Assembly (NCBI GenBank): GCA_963737155.1 | Contig: CAVTRN010000002.1 | Span: 544,001 to 608,000, forward strand | DNA length: 64,000 nucleotides | DNA from: Nitrospirota bacterium | GTDB lineage: Bacteria > Nitrospirota > UBA9217 | Reading direction: 5' to 3' | In this document: piece by piece, positions 42,067 through 52,452 of the stretch | Layout: the number at the start of each line of letters is the position of its first letter | How positions within the stretch are numbered: position 1 is the first letter of the stretch | Made by a program: the position numbers and the translations under genes | The notes under the pieces: model-generated | Seen by the model: the letters and a program-made list of their open reading frames with translations, nothing else | Told to the model about the DNA's origin: nothing | The model's database searches: none

Positions 42067-42222
42067 ATGATCAAAGTCGGTCTAAGTGAAGCCATTATGC
42101 ACTTTTCCAAACATGTCAAAATGGTAAGGCAGGGGCTGGAGATCATCGTGACCGAGCGCGGCACTCCAATTGCTGTAATCAAACCGCTTAGGCGGAGGAG
42201 CACCATTTCACTTTCGGTGTGA
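42067..42222 (+). CDS. Phd/YefM family antitoxin, 51 aa, probably truncated (absent from the ORF track)
   Basis: MIKVGLSEAIMHFSKHVKMVRQGLEIIVTERGTPIAVIKP; AGAGG RBS. Confidence 0.75.
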   Translation: MIKVGLSEAIMHFSKHVKMVRQGLEIIVTERGTPIAVIKPLRRRSTISLSV

Positions 42223-42243
42223 GCCGACTCTTCAGGATCAGGC

Positions 42244-42777
42244 TTACTTAAAGATCGCAGCGCCTGCCTTACAGGCCATTTCGTCCTCGGAGCCCGTGCC
42301 GCCGGAACATCCAATCGCGCCGACGATCTTGCCTCCCTCCACAAGTGGGATGCCGCCACGTGAAGCGATGACACCATCTAACGTTAATATATAGTTAAAA
42401 TTGTTGAGCTGAATGCCATTCTCGAATGCTTTTGTTTCGCGACGAAAGTTCACCGCGGTATGCGCCTTGTGCTGCGCGATTTGGATCGAGGCAAGTTGTG
42501 CCCCGTCCATACGCTGGAAAGCGACGAGATTGTCGCCTGAGTCCACCACGGCAATGTTCAACTTCCAATCATGTTTCTTCGCTTCGGCCACTGTCGCGCT
42601 GATAGCCGCCTCGGCGCGTTCGAGCAAAATTGGCGTTCCGTAAGGTATATCGTAAGGCATCTTTTCCGGTACGACATCAAGAGGGTTCGGCGACGCAGAC
42701 TGTTGCGCGCGAACAGGGTTGACTCCGAGCAACGCTGTGCAGAGAATGGCAATGGTCAAGATGGTTTTTGTGAACAT
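42244..42777 (-). CDS. exported GlcG/HbpS family heme-binding protein
   Basis: NIAVVDSG..LVAFQRMDGA, KAHTA, GGIPL...IVGAIGCSGG. Confidence 0.9.
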   Translation of the reverse strand: MFTKTILTIAILCTALLGVNPVRAQQSASPNPLDVVPEKMPYDIPYGTPILLERAEAAISATVAEAKKHDWKLNIAVVDSGDNLVAFQRMDGAQLASIQIAQHKAHTAVNFRRETKAFENGIQLNNFNYILTLDGVIASRGGIPLVEGGKIVGAIGCSGGTGSEDEMACKAGAAIFK

Positions 42778-43433
42778 TTTTGAGTTCCTCCTTGAAAAAA
42801 TTTACTATGGGCTTTGTTTTATAAAAACATTTAAAAGCGCAGAAGCCGATCCGGATAATAGATCATTTCTATAAGCATGATTATTTATGAAGAGGAAGTC
42901 AAGCAGAGGAATGGGTATTATTATATCAACCTTAAGTATTATAAAGGTGGGATGGGATCGGATTGCGCTCATACGCAGTTCCTAAGACCCTGGGAATTCC
43001 GCAGGGATGGCCTTATGTATTCAGGCAAAAGAAGATATTTGGTAATTACCGCTTGATTCAGCGGTACAAAATTATGTCTTTTATAAACCTTCTATAATAT
43101 TATTTTTCGATTACAAGACTTTTTAGAAATTTGCAACTTTTCCAAATATTTTGTCATTTTATATAAGCGCTCTTCATGCCGAAAGGAAGAAAAACTGGGA
43201 CAAACCAGCCACCATGAGGGATTTACTCGCCCTAATCCGCTAGACACCATTAGCACATTCAATAGTTGTCACCACCTGCTCATTACACGCTCCATTCGAT
43301 ATCGTTGAAACGTCGAATCGACATTTTACAGTTTACGACAAACATATTCTATGTTAACATAGTCATCTTGCATGTCACTCAACCCATTTATGCATGGTGA
43401 CTTATAATAAGACCAACCCCCGATGATCCATGA

Positions 43434-43597
43434 TCAAAAATTCGGCAGTTGAAAATCGAACTAATCTTTTAAAAGAAATGTATCATCGCAAGTTATGGCA
43501 ACAGCATGGCAGCTTAAATTCTTGCCCAATAGGTTAATGAAAAATTGAAGCATCTAATTGATTTGCTGAATCCATCATGTCAGCTGCCGTTTTTAGG
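43434..43597. mobile_element. probable 164-bp MITE with IS1380-like ends
   Basis: Ends TCAAAAATTCGGCAGTTG and CAGCTGCCGTTTTTAGG resemble the IRs at 20137/21771; ATGA flanks both sides. Confidence 0.5.
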
Positions 43598-43685
43598 ATG
43601 ATACGACACGTCAGAACCCCTTTTGAAGCAGGACCCAGTTTCGATCATGTCAGGTTGAAGAATAAAACTTCAACTGACGCGGAGC

Positions 43686-44729
43686 ATGAAAATGACATAC
43701 AGAAATAAAAAAAATTCTCGAAATCATCAACATGCTCTACAGGCGGCGATTCTTATCGCCGTTCTTTCAATTCTCGGTTCTTTTGCCGCTTGTACTCATA
43801 CAGACAAAAAATCCGCTACTCTCCCTGGAAAAATCACTTTTGCCTATACTGTCCTGCCCGATGCTGCTCTCGTTCAAGTTGCCCAACAGGAGGGTTATTT
43901 CCAGCAGGAAGGATTGGATGTGACTCCGCAAGTGCATCAAATAGGGAAAGCAGCTCTCGAAGCTTTGATGGAGGGAAAGGCAGATTTTGCAACTGTCGCA
44001 GAAACACCTGTCGTGTTCACAATCCTGAAAGGAGAGAAGATCTCCATAATCGCGACCATCAATACGTCCAATAAAAATATGGCCATTGTTGCGAGAAAGG
44101 ACAAGGGTATTCATTCACCGCGCGACCTGAAGGGCAAGAAGATTGCGACAACCTTCGGTACTATTGGCGATTTTTTTATGGACACTATGCTGATGACGAA
44201 CGGCATATCAAGGAAAGATATGAAAGCGGTCAACCTGGCCCCCGAAATAATGCAGGATGCCTTGGTCAAGGGTGATGTTGACGCCATCTCAACATGGAAC
44301 CCCATCTTGATCCGTACACAAAAAGAACTGGGTGATAAAGGCATCACGTTTTACGGAGAAGATATTTATACGCAGACCTACAATGTGGTTGCAACGCAGG
44401 CATACATCGACAGGAACCCTGGTACGGTCAACAAAATACTCCTCGCGCTTATCAAAGCTGAGGAATTCGTAAGACAAAAACCGTTAGAAGCACAAAAGAT
44501 CGTTGCTGATGTCAGCCGGACGGACAGAGCCTTAATCGGTGATACATGGGACGTCAATCACCTCAGTGTGGCGCTGGACCAGTCATTGTTGCTTGCAATG
44601 GAAGACGAATCACGATGGGCGATAAAGAGCGGTTTAGTCACCAGGACAAGGATCCCAAATTACCTTGATTATATTTACTTCGACGGGCTTGACTCTGTCA
44701 AACCAAAAGCAGTAAGAATACTGCGGTAA
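43686..44729 (+). CDS. SsuA/NrtA/THI5-like periplasmic substrate-binding lipoprotein
   Basis: Lipobox-like FAAC, GYFQQEGLDV, DLKGKKIA, GDVDAISTWNP. Confidence 0.88.
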   Translation: MKMTYRNKKNSRNHQHALQAAILIAVLSILGSFAACTHTDKKSATLPGKITFAYTVLPDAALVQVAQQEGYFQQEGLDVTPQVHQIGKAALEALMEGKADFATVAETPVVFTILKGEKISIIATINTSNKNMAIVARKDKGIHSPRDLKGKKIATTFGTIGDFFMDTMLMTNGISRKDMKAVNLAPEIMQDALVKGDVDAISTWNPILIRTQKELGDKGITFYGEDIYTQTYNVVATQAYIDRNPGTVNKILLALIKAEEFVRQKPLEAQKIVADVSRTDRALIGDTWDVNHLSVALDQSLLLAMEDESRWAIKSGLVTRTRIPNYLDYIYFDGLDSVKPKAVRILR

Positions 44730-44744
44730 GGCGGACGAGGACTT

Positions 44745-46982
44745 ATGCAGGTTAAGAAAAGACTGCAAATAAACGTTGCGGTTTCAGTTATAGCGGCTGG
44801 CGTCATTATTGCCATGCTGGCGACAGCGGCGCATCACGTCCTTTACGCGGTCGAAACATCAAATATTGCCGACGAAATTGTCAGCAGCGTATATCAGCGG
44901 AGTGAGTTTAGAAACGAATATATGCGGTCTACGAACGAAAGGGCGCGCGTGCAATGGTTTGCCAAGCATGAGCAGATTGATTTGCTGCTCAAATCCGCTT
45001 CGGAAAAATTCAGTGATGCGGAAGACAAATCAATTCTGGAGCGAATGACCAAAGACCAGGAGCCCAGTGGGAAGCTCTTCTCGAGAATCATAGAAAACAG
45101 AGAAAAGCCCCAATTGAACCCCGTCCTTTCCCGGGAGATTGAAGACACACTGTCCAGCCAGCTGACCATGAAAAGAGATAATGCGATATTGAATGCGCGC
45201 AAATTGCAGGAATCAGCGAGCAGGCAATTATTGTTATCCCTCCAGACGTCCGGCTGGGGAATTCTCTGCGTGATTATTGCCCTGACCGCGGTAGCCATAG
45301 TCAATTCCTGGTCCATGGGCCGGGTTATATCCAAACGCATCACCGCGCTGCGCAACGGTACCGCAATCATTGGCGAAGGGAACCTCGACCAGCGAATCGA
45401 TGTCACGGGCGATGATGAGTTTGCCGAGCTGTCGGAAGCGTTCAATGCGATGACCGCCAAATTGAGCGGGTCTTACCTCGAGCTTGAAAAAGAGATCGAC
45501 GAGCGCGTAAAAGTTGGTCAGGAACTGCAGCGAATGGCCACACTTCTGGAAGAGACCCAATCCATAGCTCAAGTAGGCGGATGGGAAGTGGATCTGGAAA
45601 GGAATACGCTCTACTGGACGAGTGAAACCTACCGGATCCATGAAACGTCGCCCTCGGAGTACACACCCACTGTCGAAACGGCCATAGCTTTCTACGCTCC
45701 GGAGAGCGTTCCGACCATCAGCTCCGCAGTCAGTGAGGCGATCGAACAAGGCAAGGAATTCCATTTAGAGCTACAGCTGATTACTGCAAAGGGCCGGTTG
45801 ATCTGGGTAGAAACCGTGGGTAAGGTAATCCGCAGGGATGGGCGTGTCGTCAAAGTCCTTGGGGTCTTTCAGGACATCACCGACCGCAAAGGGGCAGAGG
45901 CACTCCGTCAATCAAGCGCCTATCATCGGAGCCTGCTCGAGGCGAGCCTTGACCCACTGGTAACTATCGACGCGAACGGAAAGATCACCGACGTAAACGC
46001 CGCAACCGAGAAAGTGACGGGCCGCTCCCGCGAAGCGCTTGTTGGTACCGATTTTTCCCATTACTTCTCGGAACCGGAAAAGGCTCAGGCCGGGTACCGG
46101 CGGGTTTTCCAGGAAGGCCAGGTCACAGACTACGCGCTCGATATCAGGCAAAAGGACGGCCATCTGACGCCAGTCCTGTACAATGCCTCGTTATATCGTG
46201 ATGGAACCGGGAAAGTCGTCGGTGTATTTGCCGCGGCGCGAGACATTACGGAACGTAAGAAAGCCGAGGATGAAATCAGGAAACTGAACATGGAGCTTGA
46301 AACCCGTGTTATCGAGCGCACAGCCGAGCTCGAAGCCTTCGCCTACTCCGTATCTCACGATCTGAGATCGCCGCTCCGGAGCATCGAAGGGTTCAGCCTT
46401 GCGCTTCTTGAGGATTATGGCGGCAAGTTGGATGACATGGGCAAGGACTACCTGAACCGCGTTCGGAACGCAACCATGCGCATGGGGCATCTCATCGACG
46501 ACTTGCTGAAGCTGTCGCGCGTTACTCGCATCGAAATGAACCGTGAACAGGTGGACCTGAGCATGGTCGCCCGAAGGATCGCGGATGATCTGAAGAATCG
46601 CCATCCTGAAAGGCCGGCACAATTCAATATCGCAGAAGGTTTGACCGCATACTGCGATGCGGGGCTCCTGACCATAGCAATGGAAAACATGCTTTCGAAC
46701 TCATGGAAATTCAGCAAGAGAGCCGCTTGTACGGTGATAGAATTCGGGGCCATGGAAAAAAACGGATCACGCGCCTTTTTTATACAGGACAACGGCATTG
46801 GGTTCGACATGACCTACGCGAACAAGTTGTTCAATCCCTTCCAGCGGCTGCATAAGACGGAGGAATTCCCCGGCACCGGCATCGGCCTGGCCACGGTCAA
46901 GCGCATCATAAACCGCCACGGCGGACAGGTGTGGATAGAAGCCAAGGAAGACAAGGGCACAACGGTGTATTTTACGCTATAA
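44745..46982 (+). CDS. membrane histidine kinase TM-HAMP-PAS-PAS-HisKA-HATPase
   Basis: Two TMs, HAMP DEFAELSEAFNAM, SHDLRSPLR, FQRLH, GTGIGL. Confidence 0.93.
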   Translation: MQVKKRLQINVAVSVIAAGVIIAMLATAAHHVLYAVETSNIADEIVSSVYQRSEFRNEYMRSTNERARVQWFAKHEQIDLLLKSASEKFSDAEDKSILERMTKDQEPSGKLFSRIIENREKPQLNPVLSREIEDTLSSQLTMKRDNAILNARKLQESASRQLLLSLQTSGWGILCVIIALTAVAIVNSWSMGRVISKRITALRNGTAIIGEGNLDQRIDVTGDDEFAELSEAFNAMTAKLSGSYLELEKEIDERVKVGQELQRMATLLEETQSIAQVGGWEVDLERNTLYWTSETYRIHETSPSEYTPTVETAIAFYAPESVPTISSAVSEAIEQGKEFHLELQLITAKGRLIWVETVGKVIRRDGRVVKVLGVFQDITDRKGAEALRQSSAYHRSLLEASLDPLVTIDANGKITDVNAATEKVTGRSREALVGTDFSHYFSEPEKAQAGYRRVFQEGQVTDYALDIRQKDGHLTPVLYNASLYRDGTGKVVGVFAAARDITERKKAEDEIRKLNMELETRVIERTAELEAFAYSVSHDLRSPLRSIEGFSLALLEDYGGKLDDMGKDYLNRVRNATMRMGHLIDDLLKLSRVTRIEMNREQVDLSMVARRIADDLKNRHPERPAQFNIAEGLTAYCDAGLLTIAMENMLSNSWKFSKRAACTVIEFGAMEKNGSRAFFIQDNGIGFDMTYANKLFNPFQRLHKTEEFPGTGIGLATVKRIINRHGGQVWIEAKEDKGTTVYFTL

Positions 46983-47060
46983 ACCAGTCCCGGGTATAGC
47001 GTTTGAAATTGACTCGAAAATTTAAACTTTGAACGAGAAATTAGTATTTAAGGAGGCTTC

Positions 47061-47492
47061 ATGAAAACGAAAATTATTCTGCTGGTCGACGACAATCCTG
47101 ATGATGTGCAACTTACGCTCAGGGCGCTCAAAAAGAGTAATATCCTGAACGAGGTCGTTGTGGCACAGGATGGAGTGGAGGCCCTGGAGTTCCTCTTCGG
47201 GACCGGAAAATACGCGGGCCGTGACACGAAAATAATGCCCCAAGTAGTGCTGCTGGACCTCAAGATGCCCCGCATGGACGGCCTCGAAGTCTTGCAGCGT
47301 ATTCGCGAAGACGAGCGAACGAAGTTCCAGCCGGTCGTTATCATGACGACATCGAGTGAGGATCGAGACCGGGTAGAGAGCTATCATCTCGGCGCGAACA
47401 GTTATGTTAGAAAACCCCTGGATTTCCACCAATTTGCGGAAGGAGTGCGCCAGCTCGGCATTTACTGGTTGGTATTGAATGAAGCGCCATAA
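47061..47492 (+). CDS. single-domain response regulator (Rcp1-like)
   Basis: LVDDNPDD, LLDLKMPRMDG, MTTSSEDRD, GANSYVRKP, LGIYWL. Confidence 0.93.
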   Translation: MKTKIILLVDDNPDDVQLTLRALKKSNILNEVVVAQDGVEALEFLFGTGKYAGRDTKIMPQVVLLDLKMPRMDGLEVLQRIREDERTKFQPVVIMTTSSEDRDRVESYHLGANSYVRKPLDFHQFAEGVRQLGIYWLVLNEAP

Positions 47493-47824
47493 TTTAAAAA
47501 TACTTAAGAGCTCTTGGTTTAGAGAGTGAAGACGAACATTGTTAAACAGGCGGGGGCGGCGTGCTGCGTCATGCGGGACGATGTGGTCTTTCAGCCGGAG
47601 ACAATATTCGAATAAGAAATATTATTGATCATAACATGGCTGGAGGCGCATGGCGCCGACGAGATCGGGGTCTTATTATTTCAATGAGCTTTCCGCAGAG
47701 AATCGTCACACCCGCGACCTCCCCTCAGGGCAGAGGATAAAGATCCTGCATGCGCACGATTAATCAGGTGGTGAATCTGCGTTGACTGGAAGGAACTGAA
47801 TAGGACGGATGCAGCGTAGAGCGG

Positions 47825-48958
47825 CTATAGCGTAAAAAAGAAGGTGGCCCCTATATCCAGCACCCCCTCGGCCCAGATGCGGCCCCCGTGCCGGTGAATG
47901 ATGCGCCGCACTGTGGCCAGACCGATGCCGTGTCCGGGAAACCGGGACTCTTCGTGGAGTCGCTGAAAGGGTTTGAAAAGCTTGCTCACATAGGCCATGT
48001 CAAATCCGGCTCCGTTGTCACGGACGAAATAGACAGGGTTGCCCGTCGGTCTCTGCACCCCAAAATCGATCCTCGCCTTACTGCGGGCAGCGGTGAATTT
48101 TACCGAGTTCCCCATGAGGTTCTCCAAAACGATCTGGAGCAACCTGCTGTCTCCTACGACGCGGATATCGGGCATAATGACGAACTCAATGTCGCGGTCC
48201 GGAAAGGACTTCACGAACTCATCGGCAAGAGCGTCTGCCAGCGCGCTGAGATCAACAGCTTCGCGTTTCATCTCGGTCTTCGCCACCTTCGATAGGGCCA
48301 GCAGATCGTCGATGAGCTGGGTCATCCGGATGCCCGCAGAATGGATGCGTTCGAGGTAGTTCCTGCTCTCCTCGTCGAGGTGCGCAGCATGGTCGCTCAT
48401 AAGGGCCTCACTGAAGCCGCACATGCTCCTGAGCGGAGCCTTCAGATCGTGCGAAACCGAGTAACTAAAAGACTCCAGTTCCTGGTTCGCAACTTCCAGT
48501 TGGGCCGCGCGGCGCTGGAGCGCCTCTTCGGCGTTCTTGAGCTTGGTTATGTCTTCCAGGATGAGCAGGCTGAATTCCTGGTCCCCGTGTCGGAGGGGGC
48601 TCGCGGTCACCATCATATGGACCTCGCCTGTCCCGCCATCGTGAATCAGCACCAGCTTCGCGGTCTCCCGTTGCACTGAGCCTCCCTGAAAACACCTGTT
48701 GACAGAGTTCCTGATCACACAATGCTTGCATGCAGGGGCTCCTCCACACCCTTCGGGCGTTTCAGTCGAATGAAGGCAATGCAGCGTATCACCGCCCCGC
48801 TTCAAAATGACCATATCCTTGTTGGCGCCCAAGAGTTTTAACGCGGCGGCGTTCAGGTGATGGATCCGCATATCGTGATCCACAATGAAGATGAATGAGG
48901 GAATCGTGTCTAGGAGGTTGTGGAAAAAATCTTCTTTATGTAACAGTTCCTTGGTCAT
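47825..48958 (-). CDS. cytoplasmic PAS histidine kinase with Cys cluster
   Basis: PAS with C-x9-C-x5-C-x2-C, SHDLKAPLR, FQRLH, GHGIGL; start uncertain (49030 possible). Confidence 0.9.
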   Translation of the reverse strand: MTKELLHKEDFFHNLLDTIPSFIFIVDHDMRIHHLNAAALKLLGANKDMVILKRGGDTLHCLHSTETPEGCGGAPACKHCVIRNSVNRCFQGGSVQRETAKLVLIHDGGTGEVHMMVTASPLRHGDQEFSLLILEDITKLKNAEEALQRRAAQLEVANQELESFSYSVSHDLKAPLRSMCGFSEALMSDHAAHLDEESRNYLERIHSAGIRMTQLIDDLLALSKVAKTEMKREAVDLSALADALADEFVKSFPDRDIEFVIMPDIRVVGDSRLLQIVLENLMGNSVKFTAARSKARIDFGVQRPTGNPVYFVRDNGAGFDMAYVSKLFKPFQRLHEESRFPGHGIGLATVRRIIHRHGGRIWAEGVLDIGATFFFTL

Positions 48959-49401
48959 GATATTGGCGTACTGGTAAGATAGGCCATGGTTCAACGGTTT
49001 AAAAATACAACATTCGGCAATTCTTTGCAAGAGGTATGTCGGCCCTTGAAATTACGGTTGTTGAATTCACTATAGGATAAAAGAGGACAGACGATATAAC
49101 GCTGATAAGTTACATGATTGTTAAATTTGGCCATCTCAGCTGGAAGGCTTCGGGAGTATTCTTGAAATAATAATAAACTGCATTTTTCAAGAAGCGACCC
49201 CAAATAGTTTCTTGAACAAACTGAATGTGCTATTCGCTGATGTTAACAGTTGCGGAAATTCCACTTGATGTGATTCAAAGAATAGCATCTTCACCAGCCA
49301 CAGTAGCGCCCGACACATGTTAAAACAACGACATTAAGCGTTTATTTAAAATAAGTCAGGTGTTACTCGTATTTGGCTGGAGGGGTCTGGCTAGAAAGTT
49401 T

Positions 49402-49992
49402 TTACCTTTTCCTGCAAACCAAATCGCCTTTGCCAATCGGAACGATTAAAGCGTCAACTCGTTCGTCTTGCAATGCACGATCGAGCATGGGCCTCAATAT
49501 TGCACGATGACTGTTCGCATTATCAGCAATAAGAATGCCACCTTGCACCATACTCGGTATCAAGGTATCGTAGCAACGGTCATAGATTTCTTTCTCGGCG
49601 TCCAGAAAGCAGAAAGCGACGTTTTTACAGCTCGGCAGATGATCCAGAGCATCACCGTGAACAAACTCGACAACATCATTAACGCCGGCCGCGTCGAAGG
49701 TTTGCCGCGCAATCTCGGCCTTTTCCGCCAATATCTCGTAAGTCGTAATTTTCCTGTAGACAGCCCGGCAAGCCAGAGCAAGCCAAAGCGTGGAGTATCC
49801 CGCACTTGTTCCAATTTCGATGTAACGGCCAACAGGTGCCGATGCCGCCATGATAGCAATGAATTTCCCTACCTCGGGTGGAATCTGGCGAAGTCGCTGC
49901 ATTTGAGGTGTTCCGTCAGCACGGTCGCTGGCGTCGATCTGCTCTAATTCGCGCATCCGTGAAGACATTGCCTGTGGCATATTGTGGAACAT
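49402..49992 (-). CDS. class I SAM-dependent O-methyltransferase
   Basis: [23 protein letters not shown]. Confidence 0.9.
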   Translation of the reverse strand: MFHNMPQAMSSRMRELEQIDASDRADGTPQMQRLRQIPPEVGKFIAIMAASAPVGRYIEIGTSAGYSTLWLALACRAVYRKITTYEILAEKAEIARQTFDAAGVNDVVEFVHGDALDHLPSCKNVAFCFLDAEKEIYDRCYDTLIPSMVQGGILIADNANSHRAILRPMLDRALQDERVDALIVPIGKGDLVCRKR

Positions 49993-50489
49993 GACACTCC
50001 GTCCTTTCTGTAGTGCTTATATGGATCCGGTTTTCCTGGCGAATCCGATCAACAGATTGTTTAAAAATCGAAGTGAAACATTGTATGTTATTAATAGTTG
50101 CAACTATAACACAATTAGGGAAGAACAAGAATGAACGATACAGCCAGAAATGTTCGGTCTTCCCTTCTTGGGCTTCTATCGATGCTACTACAGAATGGCA
50201 GACGAATTATCGAAGATGCAGATTACTTGAAATACCATGCACAGATCAGTAGTTCACACGCGAGGGGAAGCGGCGCCTGCGTTGAACCGCTAGTTAGGAT
50301 ACTTGAAAACTTGATCGCTTTAGGGCTAAGTGTGGGAACTCCCCGATAGGTTGATATTTGCTTTTTTCGCATTAAACGGGATAATTCCAGATTATCCAAG
50401 GCTTTTGGCCTTAACTATTGGAGTTTATTCTTTTCCTTCTATGCTATATTTTGATGCTTACCACAGACGTTCCGGAAGGACCTAAAAAT

Positions 50490-50768
50490 TTACTTATGGC
50501 TATTGGCGATACATTCATTGTATTGGGTCGACTGACGATAATATTCTGAACAGCCTTCGTTGAATGACGGATAACGGTTTTCGCATTTTCCACCATTTAA
50601 TCGTGCCCAATCGAACCCCACATCACGACCGCTGCCATCATTATATGGGTTGTGGGGAATGATGCAGTCTTCTATGCTCTGTTTTTTTGTAGTTATTTTT
50701 GATGTTCCTGTATAACAACCAGATAACAGTATAGATATGATCGAAATTAAAAGTATCTTGCATTTCAT
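50490..50768 (-). CDS. small Cys-rich lipoprotein
   Basis: Lipobox LSGC, GFDWA..C....SFNEGC; GGAGGGG RBS. Confidence 0.7.
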   Translation of the reverse strand: MKCKILLISIISILLSGCYTGTSKITTKKQSIEDCIIPHNPYNDGSGRDVGFDWARLNGGKCENRYPSFNEGCSEYYRQSTQYNECIANSHK

Positions 50769-51518
50769 AATGATTTTCCCCTCCCAGGTATTTGGATCTT
50801 AACCTAACATTACGTGGAAAATAATGAATCCCATCTTGCCCCGCGCCATGACTCACTCCACCAGAATACTACAGCAAGATTGTCAAACCGATTGTTTAAA
50901 AGCGGCTGCTTGAGGGGTATGTGCGGGAACCTCTAATATGTCGATATCTCCAATGAAGCGAGCGTACAACAACTATTCGTAAAATGCAAGGGATAATGAA
51001 CGTCAGTGTTCTGGTGGCAGAGGACAGGATGTCAGCTTGAATTATTATTTAAACCGTTGATCTTTAAGCAATGAGGTAAAAGGCGATCTCGGCAGGATTT
51101 AGTACAGTTCAACAGTGATAGGGACACAATGGGCACAATTAGGGCCCTAGGCAACCTAGGGTCTTGGTGTGTTCCGGAGAAGTCTGCCAGGGATGTTATC
51201 CTCCGTCTCTTTTGGCGTCTATCATCCTGCTTGTTATAATCAATATTAAACACGGCAATTTCTCCTTTCAGTTAAAAGATTTTATCAGCCGCGGCTACTC
51301 ATTCGACGTACTGAGGAACAAAATGCTATTTCGCGGCATTGTTGCGGGCAAGGATAATCATAGGTGGAGTGCTTGCTTTTCTCTTTTTATCTTCAGCAGG
51401 CTATCATTTGTGGTTGCAGAGCATTGCAGGTTATGACTTGCAGAATGCTTGACATATATGTCATAATTGTCATGTATCCTTTTGTGGTAACCATTTTATC
51501 GACTAAGTATTCTGCGAG

Positions 51519-52175
51519 GTGTCTATGTCATTACCAATAGCATTTAGTAGTATGTTAGCGTTAATTTTGTTTTTTACCGCACCTGTGCGGGCTGCAGACA
51601 GAATGGTAATTACGGAATTTTCTTCCATTGGCGTTGGAGTCCCAGTAGGGTGGGAACTCAAAGAGAAATCGGGCAAGGCAGACTTTGCCGTGGTGAAGGA
51701 CGGTGATATTATGGCAGCCCGTTTCCGGAGTGCGAACTCATCCTTTTCGCTTCAGAAAGAAGTGAAGATAGATCTGAAGCAGTTCCCGATTTTCACATGG
51801 AAATGGAAGGTAACAAAACTGCCCGCTCATGGAGACTTAAGGAATTCCAAAACAGATGACCAGGCAGCGCAGCTTTTTCTCGCATTCTCAAAAAACAAAG
51901 CGATTGCATACATCTGGGACACCACAGCCCCCCAGGGACTCATAGAGAATACCTCTCCGGTACCGTTAATGACGGTCAAGGTGGTCGTGCTACGATCAGG
52001 TCCCGCGGACGAGAGAAAATGGATTACTGAGAGCCGTAACGTGTACGAGGATTATAAGAAACTTTACGGTTCCGAACCACCGATGGTGAGCGGTATCAGG
52101 CTCCAGATAAACTCCCAGCACACGAAGACATCGGCCGAGAGTTATTTTGCCGATGTCGTGATTAAGAAACAATGA
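51519..52175 (+). CDS. DUF3047 exported protein
   Basis: WKWKV, DDQAAQL, AYIWD, WITESRNVYEDYKKLYG. Confidence 0.82.
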   Translation: MSMSLPIAFSSMLALILFFTAPVRAADRMVITEFSSIGVGVPVGWELKEKSGKADFAVVKDGDIMAARFRSANSSFSLQKEVKIDLKQFPIFTWKWKVTKLPAHGDLRNSKTDDQAAQLFLAFSKNKAIAYIWDTTAPQGLIENTSPVPLMTVKVVVLRSGPADERKWITESRNVYEDYKKLYGSEPPMVSGIRLQINSQHTKTSAESYFADVVIKKQ

Positions 52176-52285
52176 CAAAGTCGAGATCCGCCGCAGAAAT
52201 GCTGAAGCAGAGAGTCAGGATTCAAAAATAAAAATATTTTCAGGGTGTCGTGTGTGACATTGCAGTGAAACTTATGTGATTACCA

Positions 52286-52311
52286 GTTATCAGAATGAGT
52301 ATTCTGATAAC
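52286..52311. terminator. 11-bp hairpin between convergent genes
   Basis: GTTATCAGAAT-GAGT-ATTCTGATAAC; AT-rich and without a T tail, so it could instead be an operator. Confidence 0.35.
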
Positions 52312-52452
52312 CGTCCAAACCATTACACCATTTCATGGACAAGGATACCGATGAGGTTGCTCGCGTCGGGGAAGGTTCTCATGCATCAAGCCCATATTTG
52401 GTCCCTACTATCATTCCTCATTCCGCAGTCATCATTCTGGACGAACACTGTT

